IMG/VR virus record: IMGVR_UViG_3300027679_000017
Coordinates: 1 to 36,076 of that record
DNA: 36,076 nt
Origin: a virus
Taxonomy: Duplodnaviria; Caudoviricetes
Reading direction: 5' to 3' (one strand)
Below the pieces are notes generated by a model. The model had not been told where the DNA came from. It saw only the letters and a program-made list of their open reading frames with translations, and made no database searches. Shown here piece after piece: positions 25,478 through 34,600 of the stretch. Both the position numbers and the translations under genes were made by a program. The first letter of the stretch is position 1; the number at the start of each line of letters is the position of its first letter.

Positions 25478-25668
25478 TTAGCCCTCCTGTTCGTGGTCGC
25501 CCGGCGCTTCGCCATCCACCATTGTTCCAAGGAGGGTTTGAGGATCGACCATCCACCGCGATTGCCGCGGGGTTTCTCAGCCGTGAAATCTCCATTGCGG
25601 CAAAACACACGGATCGTGAATTCAGAGTAGCCCGTGTACTGCGCGGCATCCGTTACGGTGATCATCAT
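25474..25668 (-). CDS. Excisionase-like HTH DNA-binding protein
   Basis: ITVTDAAQYTGYSEFTIRVFCRNGDFTAEK...GWSI....LEQW. Confidence 0.78.
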   Translation of the reverse strand: MMITVTDAAQYTGYSEFTIRVFCRNGDFTAEKPRGNRGGWSILKPSLEQWWMAKRRATTNRRAK

Positions 25669-25734
25669 TTCGATGCCCTCATGAGGCTTGCCGCCTCCGT
25701 TGTCGTTATCTCGTCATTTGTCATATTGTATATG

Positions 25735-25747
25735 GGTTACTAAAACC
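25735..25747. promoter_or_regulatory. Putative operator 1 (GGTTACTAAAACC)
   Basis: One of three near-identical quasi-palindromic 13-mers in the control region; next to a minus-strand TACAAT. Confidence 0.6.
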
Positions 25748-25762
25748 TTTGGAGAAAAAAAA

Positions 25763-25918
25763 TTACAGACACAGACATGTAAGTGCCACATTGGCACTGG
25801 TTACTAAAACCGCCTCCAAAAAAAACTCAACTTGGCGACTAACTGGTCGCTTGCTTTTTGACGCTTCCACCCTTACTCGCTCGACTAATTCCCTTGGAAG
25901 TCTGACGCTGAACTGCAT
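25763..25918 (-). CDS. Arc/CopG-like ribbon-helix-helix protein
   Basis: MQFSVRLPRELVERVRVEASKSKRPVSRQVEFFLE. The start could be further upstream in the same frame (track gives 25999). Confidence 0.55.
   Translation of the reverse strand: MQFSVRLPRELVERVRVEASKSKRPVSRQVEFFLEAVLVTSANVALTCLCL
25799..25811. promoter_or_regulatory. Putative operator 2 (GGTTACTAAAACC)
   Basis: Exact copy of operator 1, 64 bp away. Confidence 0.55.
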
Positions 25919-26114
25919 CTTTTGTCGCTTGCGCGATTGCGATGTAGTCGTCTGGCGTGAGTTCTGTGTTGCGTGTGGCATGAGTAAGAATTTCTTCAAT
26001 GAAAGCGGTTATCGTCAAACCACGCGATTTCGCAGCTTTGCGAATGCGACGAGCAAGCGTTCTTGGGATGTAAAACCCAATTACTTCTTTATCGGCGGCG
26101 TGTTGGTTTGGCAT
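25839..26114 (-). CDS. Ribbon-helix-helix regulator (candidate repressor)
   Basis: VIGFYIPRTLARRIRKAAKSRGLTITAFIEEIL. Confidence 0.7.
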   Translation of the reverse strand: MPNQHAADKEVIGFYIPRTLARRIRKAAKSRGLTITAFIEEILTHATRNTELTPDDYIAIAQATKDAVQRQTSKGISRASKGGSVKKQATS

Positions 26115-26135
26115 GACGAGAAAATTTCTACTCTA

Positions 26136-26148
26136 GGTTACTATAACC
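26136..26148. promoter_or_regulatory. Putative operator 3 (GGTTACTATAACC)
   Basis: Perfect GGTTA-N3-TAACC palindrome about 21 nt upstream of the RHH gene start, in an AT-rich intergenic region. Confidence 0.6.
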
Positions 26149-26233
26149 CTACAACAATTATTTTTTTTGGGGTGATCACCTACCCCTAACTTTTCTATTG
26201 ACACTCCCATAGATACTACCTCTGCGGGCGAAA

Positions 26234-26413
26234 TTATTTTTTCACCTTTGCTCTGTTCTCAAGCACTTTTGCAATGAGACGCTCCCGATTTTTCTGATAC
26301 CAATCTGATTTCCGTTTCGCCTCGGCGTTCTTGAAAGCGAGGTCTGTGGCATACTTCGTCCTGTACTGCCGAGCCATGAATTTCTTCTGAATTTTCTTGT
26401 CTTGGTATGGCAT
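26234..26413 (-). CDS. Small basic protein (59 aa)
   Basis: MPYQDKKIQKKFMARQYRTKY...WYQKNRERLIAK; ATG 1 nt after the integrase stop. Confidence 0.6.
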   Translation of the reverse strand: MPYQDKKIQKKFMARQYRTKYATDLAFKNAEAKRKSDWYQKNRERLIAKVLENRAKVKK

Positions 26414-26414
26414 A

Positions 26415-27416
26415 TTAAATCCTCCACCACGCCTTCTCATCCGCTCTGGCAGCGGGAACGGCATAGACACGTTGCACCATCGTGGGAGATGTATGCCCCA
26501 TCTGGTATGCCGTGAGACCAGCATTGCCACAACGTGCCAGATGGTAAGTCGCGAACGAATGCCGCATCGCATTGTCGGGCCAACCCTCCCATCCCAACGC
26601 CAACACAACCTTCCTCCTTCGCTCGTAGAGCGCCTCCAGCGACCCGCTCACAATCTGCCCTGTCTTCTTCTCGAAAAACTTTTTGCGCTTCATCAGCGGT
26701 TCGGTCATATCGACCACCCGCTCCAGCATACCTTCATGCTGTTTGGAGACTTCCTTGCGGATATAGATTTGTTTTGTCTTCACATCGATATCCTCCCAAT
26801 TCATCCGCGACACCTCTATAGTCCGCAGGCCCGCGAACCCACCCAAAAGGACAAGCGCCCGCACATCGTCCGGCATCGGAGCATTGAGAAGGGATATCAT
26901 TTTTTCAGCAGTCAAAATATTCCTTCCCGGAGTCGCTCTTGGTGGTCGAACGCCATCGAGCGGCGAGCGGTCAATGAAACGCATGCGATAGCACCATCGG
27001 AAAAACATCCGCGCATAACGAAACCACATCGACCGGCTCGTTTCCGTCTTACCCATATCCTTCACCCATCGCTCTACCTCAATCGATGTAACATCATCGA
27101 TGCGACACTTGAATTGCCGCATGAGAGCAATCTGGGTTGCTGATACCTTATCTCTGTGGCTTTTGCTTTTTGCATCCACTCCCCTAGCCCACAATGTCGC
27201 GGCCTGCGATACCGTTACTCCCTCCCTATCCGTCAAAGATTGTGTGCCTTTTTCGCGAATAAGTGACACCAACCTTTCCCCCTCCTCAAAAGCTTCCTGT
27301 TCGGAAGCAAAGAATCTGCGTATTTTTTTTCCTGCAAACGCCGACCTCACCTCCAGCTTCCACGGAGAGACAGGTCGAAGAGGGTAAGGCGACACGATAA
27401 ATGGGGTTAGGATCAT
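26415..27416 (-). CDS. int: Tyrosine recombinase / phage integrase
   Basis: GFAGLRTIEV (R), VSK (K), NAMRHSFATY, MGHTS and RVY (Y); adjacent to the att site. Start taken at ATG 27416. Confidence 0.92.
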   Translation of the reverse strand: MILTPFIVSPYPLRPVSPWKLEVRSAFAGKKIRRFFASEQEAFEEGERLVSLIREKGTQSLTDREGVTVSQAATLWARGVDAKSKSHRDKVSATQIALMRQFKCRIDDVTSIEVERWVKDMGKTETSRSMWFRYARMFFRWCYRMRFIDRSPLDGVRPPRATPGRNILTAEKMISLLNAPMPDDVRALVLLGGFAGLRTIEVSRMNWEDIDVKTKQIYIRKEVSKQHEGMLERVVDMTEPLMKRKKFFEKKTGQIVSGSLEALYERRRKVVLALGWEGWPDNAMRHSFATYHLARCGNAGLTAYQMGHTSPTMVQRVYAVPAARADEKAWWRI

Positions 27417-27426
27417 ATTGTTTATT

Positions 27427-27453
27427 GTTGCTCGCTGTTGTCCGCTGTTGTCC
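27427..27453. repeat. Left-arm GTTGTCC direct repeats (putative integrase arm sites)
   Basis: GTTGTCC at 27437 and 27447, degenerate GTTGCTC at 27427; 10-bp period. Confidence 0.6.
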
Positions 27454-27541
27454 GCAAGCTGCACTTAAAAGCCAATATTAACCAAAATGAACAAACATCA
27501 AGCAACAATAAAGAGAGTCTGTCTGAGTGCTTAGATAAAGG

Positions 27542-27560
27542 CTCTAGACGCTGTCTAGAG
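27542..27560. other. Perfect 8-bp hairpin immediately 3' of the tRNA fragment
   Basis: CTCTAGAC-GCT-GTCTAGAG. Confidence 0.55.
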
Positions 27561-27561
27561 G

Positions 27562-27624
27562 TGGCGGAAGGGGCGGGATTCGAACCCGCGGTAGGTTACC
27601 CTACGTTCGATTTCGAGTCGAACG
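27562..27624 (-). other. attP core: 3' portion of tRNA-Ser(CGA)
   Basis: Minus strand anticodon arm TTCGA-CT-CGA-AA-TCGAA, long variable arm GTAGG-GTAA-CCTAC, T arm GCGGG-TTCGAAT-CCCGC, then CCCTTCC-G-CCA. The 5' acceptor strand and D arm are absent. Next to the integrase. Confidence 0.88.
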
Positions 27625-27656
27625 ATTGGCATTGTTTACCAATGCTTTAAATGCAC

Positions 27657-27673
27657 GTTGTCCATCGTTGTCC
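27657..27673. repeat. Right-arm GTTGTCC direct repeats (putative integrase arm sites)
   Basis: GTTGTCC at 27657 and 27667; 10-bp period. Confidence 0.6.
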
Positions 27674-27679
27674 TGTTAT

Positions 27680-28192
27680 TTAAACAACAGGGCGGATGCG
27701 GATGAAGTTTCGGGCGATGGATTTCTGCCGCACTTTTCGCCAAACTCCATCTCCAGCGTCTGAGTCACGCTCGCCTTTGCCATTCGTGTTGCCCTCGATG
27801 GTGATGATCTGGTGGCCGGAATCGCTTTCGACGATGCCGACATGGCTGAAGTCAAAGACGACGATGTCGCCGGGTTTCGCCCACTCGCGGTCGTGCAGGA
27901 CGATGGTTGTCTTCGGGCGAGCTTTGGCCCAATCGAGCATGCCGTAGGCAAGAGCGGTTTTTGGTCGCCACTCTTCGGGCGTGGATACTTTGAGGTTGAG
28001 CCACTCGCGGACGCCGGGCTTGTCGAGCCACTGAGCCACGCACCAGTCAACGAATGCCGCGCACCACGGCCAATCATCGGGCGTGAGGTTGGTCGCTTTC
28101 TGAAAGTTGCGGATCGCTGCGCCGTTGTTGTTGCCGCCCACTTCGCGGACTCCGACTTGCGATGCGGCGATTTCTGCGAGGAGTAGGTTCAT
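27680..28192 (-). CDS. Endolysin, CHAP-domain peptidoglycan hydrolase
   Basis: WPWCAAFVDW, PGDIVVFDFSHVGIV, TIEGNT. Confidence 0.9.
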   Translation of the reverse strand: MNLLLAEIAASQVGVREVGGNNNGAAIRNFQKATNLTPDDWPWCAAFVDWCVAQWLDKPGVREWLNLKVSTPEEWRPKTALAYGMLDWAKARPKTTIVLHDREWAKPGDIVVFDFSHVGIVESDSGHQIITIEGNTNGKGERDSDAGDGVWRKVRQKSIARNFIRIRPVV

Positions 28193-28196
28193 TTGA

Positions 28197-28439
28197 TCAT
28201 TTGTCCTTGAGGAGTTTTGCTTCGCCGAATTTCTGCCAAGCGAATGCGAGGTTGGCGTCTCCGGGGCGGTCTGGTTGAGTCACTGGAAGGTATTTGACTC
28301 CGAGCGAAAATTGCAGACTCCCCATCTCCCCGATGCGATCCCCGAATGGCGGGACTGGTACGCTGACGCAGGAGGTCAAGAATGCCAGCGCCACAAAGGC
28401 AACGACGATCAGTCCTGCGGCGATCCGGCGCGGCTTCAT
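28197..28439 (-). CDS. Lipoprotein in lysis cassette (spanin-like candidate)
   Basis: Basic N-terminus, hydrophobic stretch and lipobox LTSC; lies between holin and endolysin. Confidence 0.6.
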   Translation of the reverse strand: MKPRRIAAGLIVVAFVALAFLTSCVSVPVPPFGDRIGEMGSLQFSLGVKYLPVTQPDRPGDANLAFAWQKFGEAKLLKDK

Positions 28440-28618
28440 TTTTCTTTACGAAGTAGGTTGATCAAACCGACTGCCGACAACCCAACCGCCAAGATTCCCT
28501 CTTGAAGTTGGGGTTCCAGCTTCAAGCCCAGTGCGGTTAAAATTAAAATCGCGCCCCTCCAGCTACTTTGTTCCTGCGCCCGGTTTAAAATGTAGGTGAT
28601 GAGGTTTTTCATAGTCAT
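28436..28618 (-). CDS. Putative holin
   Basis: EQSSWRGAILILTALG..L.P.....ILAVGLSAVGLINLLRKEK; two hydrophobic segments and a basic tail. Start at ATG 28618 or 28612. Confidence 0.7.
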   Translation of the reverse strand: MTMKNLITYILNRAQEQSSWRGAILILTALGLKLEPQLQEGILAVGLSAVGLINLLRKEK

Positions 28619-28643
28619 GGTATCAGTCAAAACTGACAAGCTG

Positions 28644-31600
28644 TCAATCTTCTGTTGTTGCGTTTTCGTAGAGTCCCATGACAGGCTTGACCATGTTGAG
28701 AAGGACGGCAGGCGCAGCCATTGCTGGCGAGAGCGCCATCGAGCGGAAGATGTTGTTCCACTCTTTGGTCATGGCATCTGGGTCGTCGAGGTTGAGGGCG
28801 TCTTCCAAGTTGTTCCCCGCCCGTGCCGCTTGCTCCATGGCGGACAGCAGTGGATTCTGCGTGGTGCTGTTGAAAGTCTTCTGACCTGTCAGTTTTGAAA
28901 TGGCAAGCTCACCAAGAGTGCCAGCAAAGAAGTACCCTTGGAGCGGGGCGAGGAGCATAGCCTTGGCAAAGCCACCAAGGTTCCAGATTTCGTCATCGTC
29001 GTCATCCGATAACCCATCACGGAAGGCGCTGGAGACCACATGGGAAAGCACGGCCATGGTTTCGATGGCAAGGATTCGGCGCATGTGGGTTCCCTTGTCT
29101 CCGCTCCCTGTGGCCAGACCGCGAGCGGCATCGGCGAGGATAGCGGTTTTCAAACGTGCATCGGACATGAACAGGAAAAACATTTTCCCCATCACATTTG
29201 CGTTGTTTTCGACGATGCTTTTCTGCCCGAAACTGACCGGCTGCGCGAAGCGGTAGATGGCTTGGCTGGCGGCGTCGAGGGCAGTCTGCTTGGCGAGTTG
29301 TTCCGGCATGCCTGCGGCAAGAGCATCGTTGAGGTTGGCACGGTAGACGATGGCCGAGGAGATTGATGTTCCTGCGGAGTCGAGCCAGTTGATTGGGGTC
29401 ATCGATGCCTCGGCGATCTTCGCGGCGAAGTTCGGCTTGCCTGCGTAGCGGGAGAAGAGGAATCGAGCTTCAGCGGTTGCGCCTCCTTGGAGACGGTTCT
29501 GGAGAGCATCTGACTCCCACACGGTTTGGATGTCCTCCACGATTGTCGATGGGTTGGAGAGAGCGGAGACGATTTGTCGCATGTCGAGTGCGAGGCCGAA
29601 CCGAACCGTGTTGTCCAACTGCATCGCCAGCGTCTTCAAGTTGAATCCAAGCGATGAGACGGCCTTGCCGGACAGGACCGTGCCGAGGATCGGATTAAAC
29701 CACGCAATTTCTTTTGCCTTGTTGCCGCCACGTTGCTCCAGTTGGTCGGCCCAGAGTTCGGCACTTTTGAGGACGCCATCTCCGTGGGTTTGCTTGAGGG
29801 ATTCGCGCACCTCCGGGTTGGAAAGGATGGCGCGGAATTCGCGGGCGAGTTCGGCGAAGTGGACCCAGTGCGCCTGCTGCGCGATGTGTCCCTGCATTAC
29901 GGTGAGCGCATCCTCTGGGGCGATCTTAGCCGAGTGGGTGACACGGGATTTGGCAAAGCCCGGAGTCGTGCCGGTGGCGGACGGCGACCCATCGATGCCG
30001 ACATCCTTTGAATCCTTAGCATTGATGAAGCGTGTTGGGGCGTAGTTCTTCACCTGTGGCATGTTCATGCCGAACATACGCGAGTAGACAGGGTTCACGA
30101 TGCCTGCGCCTTTGCCGTAGAGTTCCTTGGCGTAGGCCATGACCTTGCGGGAGACGGGATCGTTGACGAGCGCATTGAGGTCGGCTGCGCTATCATCGGT
30201 CCACCCTTCCTTCCGCATCTTGATTTGGACATCGGGTTGGTTCCATGACAGCAGGAGTTGCATGGCCTTGGCGCGGGACATGTCGAGCTTCACATCCTCA
30301 CCACGGAAAATGACACGCTTGATGGTGACGAATTCTTTTTGCGTGTCGGCGGGGAGTGCGGCGAGTTCGTTGCGGAGTGTCTCCACATCGGCCTCGGTGA
30401 GCTTACTGCGGTCGGCCTCGCCGGTGACGATCTTTTGGGCGAGGTCGATGGCGATGCGCTCGTCTTTGACTTTGCGGCCTTCAAGGTAGGAGACGGCATT
30501 TTTCTGATCGGCCTTGAGCCAGAGCATGGCCTCGCCTGCGGACATATTCGCGGCCTTTGCTCCTGCTCGGACGGCATCGATGATGCCCTTGCCCTCGCGG
30601 ATTTCCGCTGACTGCGCGGCCATGTCGGCCTTGCGGAGTCGTTCCGAGAAATTGGATGCGATCTCTTGTGGCAAAAAGGCGCTGACGAACTGCTCGAAAC
30701 TGGCGTGGTCGAGAAGGTAGTTGTTCGCCGTTTCCCCGATGCGTTGCATCAGTCCCTTGTCGGCAAAGCGTTTTTTTGCTGTGCCTTTTCCGAGCCACTC
30801 GATGGTCGCGGCGTTACGCGCACGCTGTTCATCGATGCGGGCCTGCTCTTTTATGCGCCACGCTTCGCGGCCCATTTGGAATTGTCCCTTGAGCCAGTCG
30901 AGTCCTTGCGCGAGCGTCTCGGAGGAGCGGTTGTCGAGGTCGCCAAAGGTGTTGAGGATCGACCACTCTTCGGAGAGAGCGGAGATGTCTTCGGCGGTGG
31001 CATCTGGCATGGTGAGCGCGGCCTCGATCTCGGCCATGCGCTTGGCAGTAGCCTCGTCATCGAGGAGCGTAGCACGGAGGACCGTGTCGGCGAACTTCTG
31101 CGTCTCGGCTCCGAGCGTGGATTTGCGGACACCGTTGTCACCGGCCTTCGGGCGGGATTGCTTCACGACCTTGGTGATGGCCTCGGTGTATTCGCGCACC
31201 AGCACTTTTTCGAGTTCGGTGTCCATGCGTTTAATGCGGTCGCGGAAGAAGTCAGCGATTACTTTGTCGGCACGCTTGGTGGAGAGGTTCTCGGTGGCGG
31301 TGTATCCGGGAGGGAGGGAGACCTGCTTGCCTGCCTGCCCGATGTTCTGTCCCTCGCGCATCCATGCGCTGATGATCGCGCCATTCATCCCGCTGACTTC
31401 GCTGACCTTCACCCCGTCCTTGAGGACATCGTGCGGGGCGATCCCGGCGAGCTTGGTGTAGCCCCCCACCCTGCCGCGCACTTCTGGCGGGAGGACGGAG
31501 AGGATGCCGTCGAGTTCGCCGAGGGCTTGCAGGATTTGCGTGCGGCGGATTTGCGATTCGTCGGAGCCGGTGTCGGCCATCGCTGCGAGTTCGTCCGAGT

Positions 31601-34600
31601 TCCACGCCATGAGCTTGGAGAATTTAGCCTTGGCCCGTTGGTAGACTTTGAGCCGCTCGTCCGGGCCTCGGTTCATGCCGCCGAGCGCCTTGTTCACCCG
31701 GTCTATCTCCGACTGGCTGGCTATGGAGTAGTTGATTGCCTCGGTAAGCGGGAAGTTGGTGTTTTGCTGTGTAAGAATCAAATCTTTGGTGTCTGGGAAT
31801 GCATCATCCAGAACCGTGATCTTTTTCATTTTTGCAACCGGCTTTCCTTTCAAAACATAATCGTATGAAAGGTGGGTAGGAACTCCTGCTTGAGCGCCTG
31901 TGAGAATTGGGTCCGAATCTTTAATTGGATCAATTTTAATGATTCCAACAATAGCTCCTTTTGGCATTCCCTTGAAGGAAGGTTCCTCCATTTGCTCGAC
32001 CAATGTTATGGCATCTGGCATGCCCTTCTTTGTGTTCTTTTTGGAAAGAAGTTGCTGATAGGCTATTTTTTCCCCATCGCCTACCGTTACCGTCTTGGTC
32101 TTTTTAAAGTAAGTTGATGCCCGCTTTTGTTGTGGCAAGGAGATGATTGCGTCTTTTGCCTGCTCAAGTGTCATCCACTTTGTTCCATGCCCAGTGTTGA
32201 GTTTTGAGTTTTCGTGATTGGCAAACATCTCGCGGACTCGGTTGAGTTCTGCAAGAGCGGTATCCTCTGTGATCAATCCATCACCGATGTTTTTTTTGAG
32301 GTTTTCAAACCAAACATGGGTGAAGGTTTTATTTCCAATGACATTCCCCTCCTGCATGAGGACTAATTTCACATATCCACCATTGGCAGCGGCTCGTCGG
32401 GCAACCGTCCTTGCCACATTTGAAGCATTAAACGCCCACACCACTCCGGCTTTTAAATTTTCAACAATGGACGGGTAAAACATTCCGCCTTGCAATGGTA
32501 TCCCCATAAGTTCACCGACCTTCATGCGGTCGATGTGGATTGCCGCGATTGTCGATGTCTCCTTCTTGATCTTGTTGAAAAGTTTTTTGTCTATTGTCGG
32601 AAAAACTTCCGGCAATGATCGTGGACCAATCGAATAATTGGTCGGACCCCACGGGATGTCCTCTCCTTCGCGATCTGGATCGAGAATTTCAACGCCAGTA
32701 TCTGGAGCGGGCGTGCCGGGGTCTGTCGTCTCGTCTGGATCGACGACTACTTCTTTGTCTTTTTTGCCAGTGTCTGAACTTAAACTACTCGCAATCCCTC
32801 TTGCTCCGCGAGTTGACGCATTTTCTGAAGCCGCTCTTGGTTCATTTGACTTCGCAATTGAACTCGCTCGGCCTTCGGCAAGTGCGACAAGTCGTCCACT
32901 ATCTTTTGGGGATCGGCTGACAGCTTGCTCTGCTTTGTTGAAGAATTGCTTGTAGGTAGCACTGAATAAACTCTGCATCAAAGGCAGGACTTCGTCAAGT
33001 GGTCTGTTAGTAGCACTTGATACTTTTTGACTAATGCGCTCAATGTCGCGTGGTGATGTAATTCGTGCATCGGTTGTTGCTAATGTAGCTACTCCTTGCA
33101 CATCAATTCCCGCATTCCGTAGAACTTTTGCAAATTCCATCCAACTTTCCCCAGTATTGTGAACATCTTCAACAATAATAATCGGACGGCCCATTGCCCG
33201 CAATTTTGCAATATTTTCAAAAACAGGCTTGTATTGAACTGGGTCTTCCAATTTTTGCCAAAAATCAAGTTTGTGTTTACTTTGTTTTGTGGCTGTGTTT
33301 ACAGCTAGTTCGTCAAACGAAATTGGCTGACCAAAGTTTTTAGCAATTGAAGCTGCCAATCGTTCCGGCAAAATATTACGACCACTTGTAGATGGAACAG
33401 GAACTAATATAGCATCTTTTGGAAGTTTAGAATAACGCTCTGGCTTATAGTATTTAGCAACCAAAGAGTCTGCTCCCTCCAATGTATACCCACCATCAAC
33501 CCAAGCGTTTTTATCCGCTCTCAACCCCTTGACATCAGAACTGGAAGAAACAGGAGTAAACATTTCTTCAGCGCGATTTGTTTTCCCAATGCTGTAGTTG
33601 GTCGCGCCGGGTTGTTGTTCAGTAATCAACGCATTTATGTGGTTGCCTTTTGCATTGATGGATCGAACGACAGCGGGAATGCTATTCATGCCAAGCTGCT
33701 TGGCGGCGGCAAGCCGATGATGCCCGTCACTTAACATGAGCGTGCCGTCAGCAAACAAGCTAACCTCAATAGGTTTCTCAAAACTCATGTTTGCAGCCAC
33801 ATCTGGCGACACTTTTGCAACTTCATACATATCCCGGCGGGATACTTTGTTCGGGTTTACACTCGAAATCTCTGGAACAATTTGGTTGTATTTCTCTTCG
33901 GAAGAATAGTTGGTCGCGCTGGTGGGTTGGGATAGCTTTACTGCAAGGCTTTTTGATTTTCCAACATTGACACGGAAATCTCGGCGTCCATCCGGGAACT
34001 CGTCATCGAGGATTAGTTGTTTGGGATCGATTTCGACGCCCACCACGGTTCCATCTCCATAGCCGGTTCCTTCTTTTGCCGTTGTGAAATACACATCCGG
34101 CTCGCCTGCGGACTTCAAAATGCCAGCCCGTTGGATTTCTGCGGCAGATTCTTTTGTTGTGCCGTGATAAACCGTGACCGTTCCATTCGGGTTTAATGGC
34201 AAGCCTGTAGTTTCATCTACCTTCCCAATGCTGTAGTTGGTATCAGTCGAAACAGGTTGAGCAAGAGCTTGCGATGCGGCGATACGGTTGCCGTTTTCCT
34301 CGGTATCAGCCAAAACCTCCCCGGCAATCCGCTCGCGGGCGGTATCGACCCGTGCCTGCTGGTTGAGGCCGACCGAGTCGGCGAGGAAGGATTCAAAGTT
34401 GGCGTCTACCTTGCCCTCGGCGATGGCGCGTTTGAGGTTGTAGGCGCGGCGGAAAATGTCTTTCACGACAATAGCCATGCGGCGCAGGAACCCACGGAAT
34501 CCTTCGGGAATCTGCTCCTCGCGGATGCGCCCTGTCATGTAGGCCAAGGCGACATCAGAGAATGACTCGATGACATCGGTGTCGGTCTCGGTGCGGAGTG

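Larger units (their letters stand above)
30..34316 (-). promoter_or_regulatory. Dispersed 15-bp motif GTTTYGRCTGATACC (11 copies)
   Basis: Plus-strand GGTATCAGYCRAAAC at 30, 12842, 12980 (1 mismatch), 13955, 16095, 18635, 19936, 28619, 34239 and 34302; inverted copy at 16600 (1 mismatch). Confidence 0.85.

Noticed and set aside
26198-26226. Plus-strand TTGACA as a promoter
   Set aside because: No acceptable -10 hexamer at 16-19 bp spacing.
27562-27660. A complete tRNA-Ser gene
   Set aside because: No 5' acceptor strand complementary to CCCTTCC and no D arm upstream; it is interpreted as the attP core.
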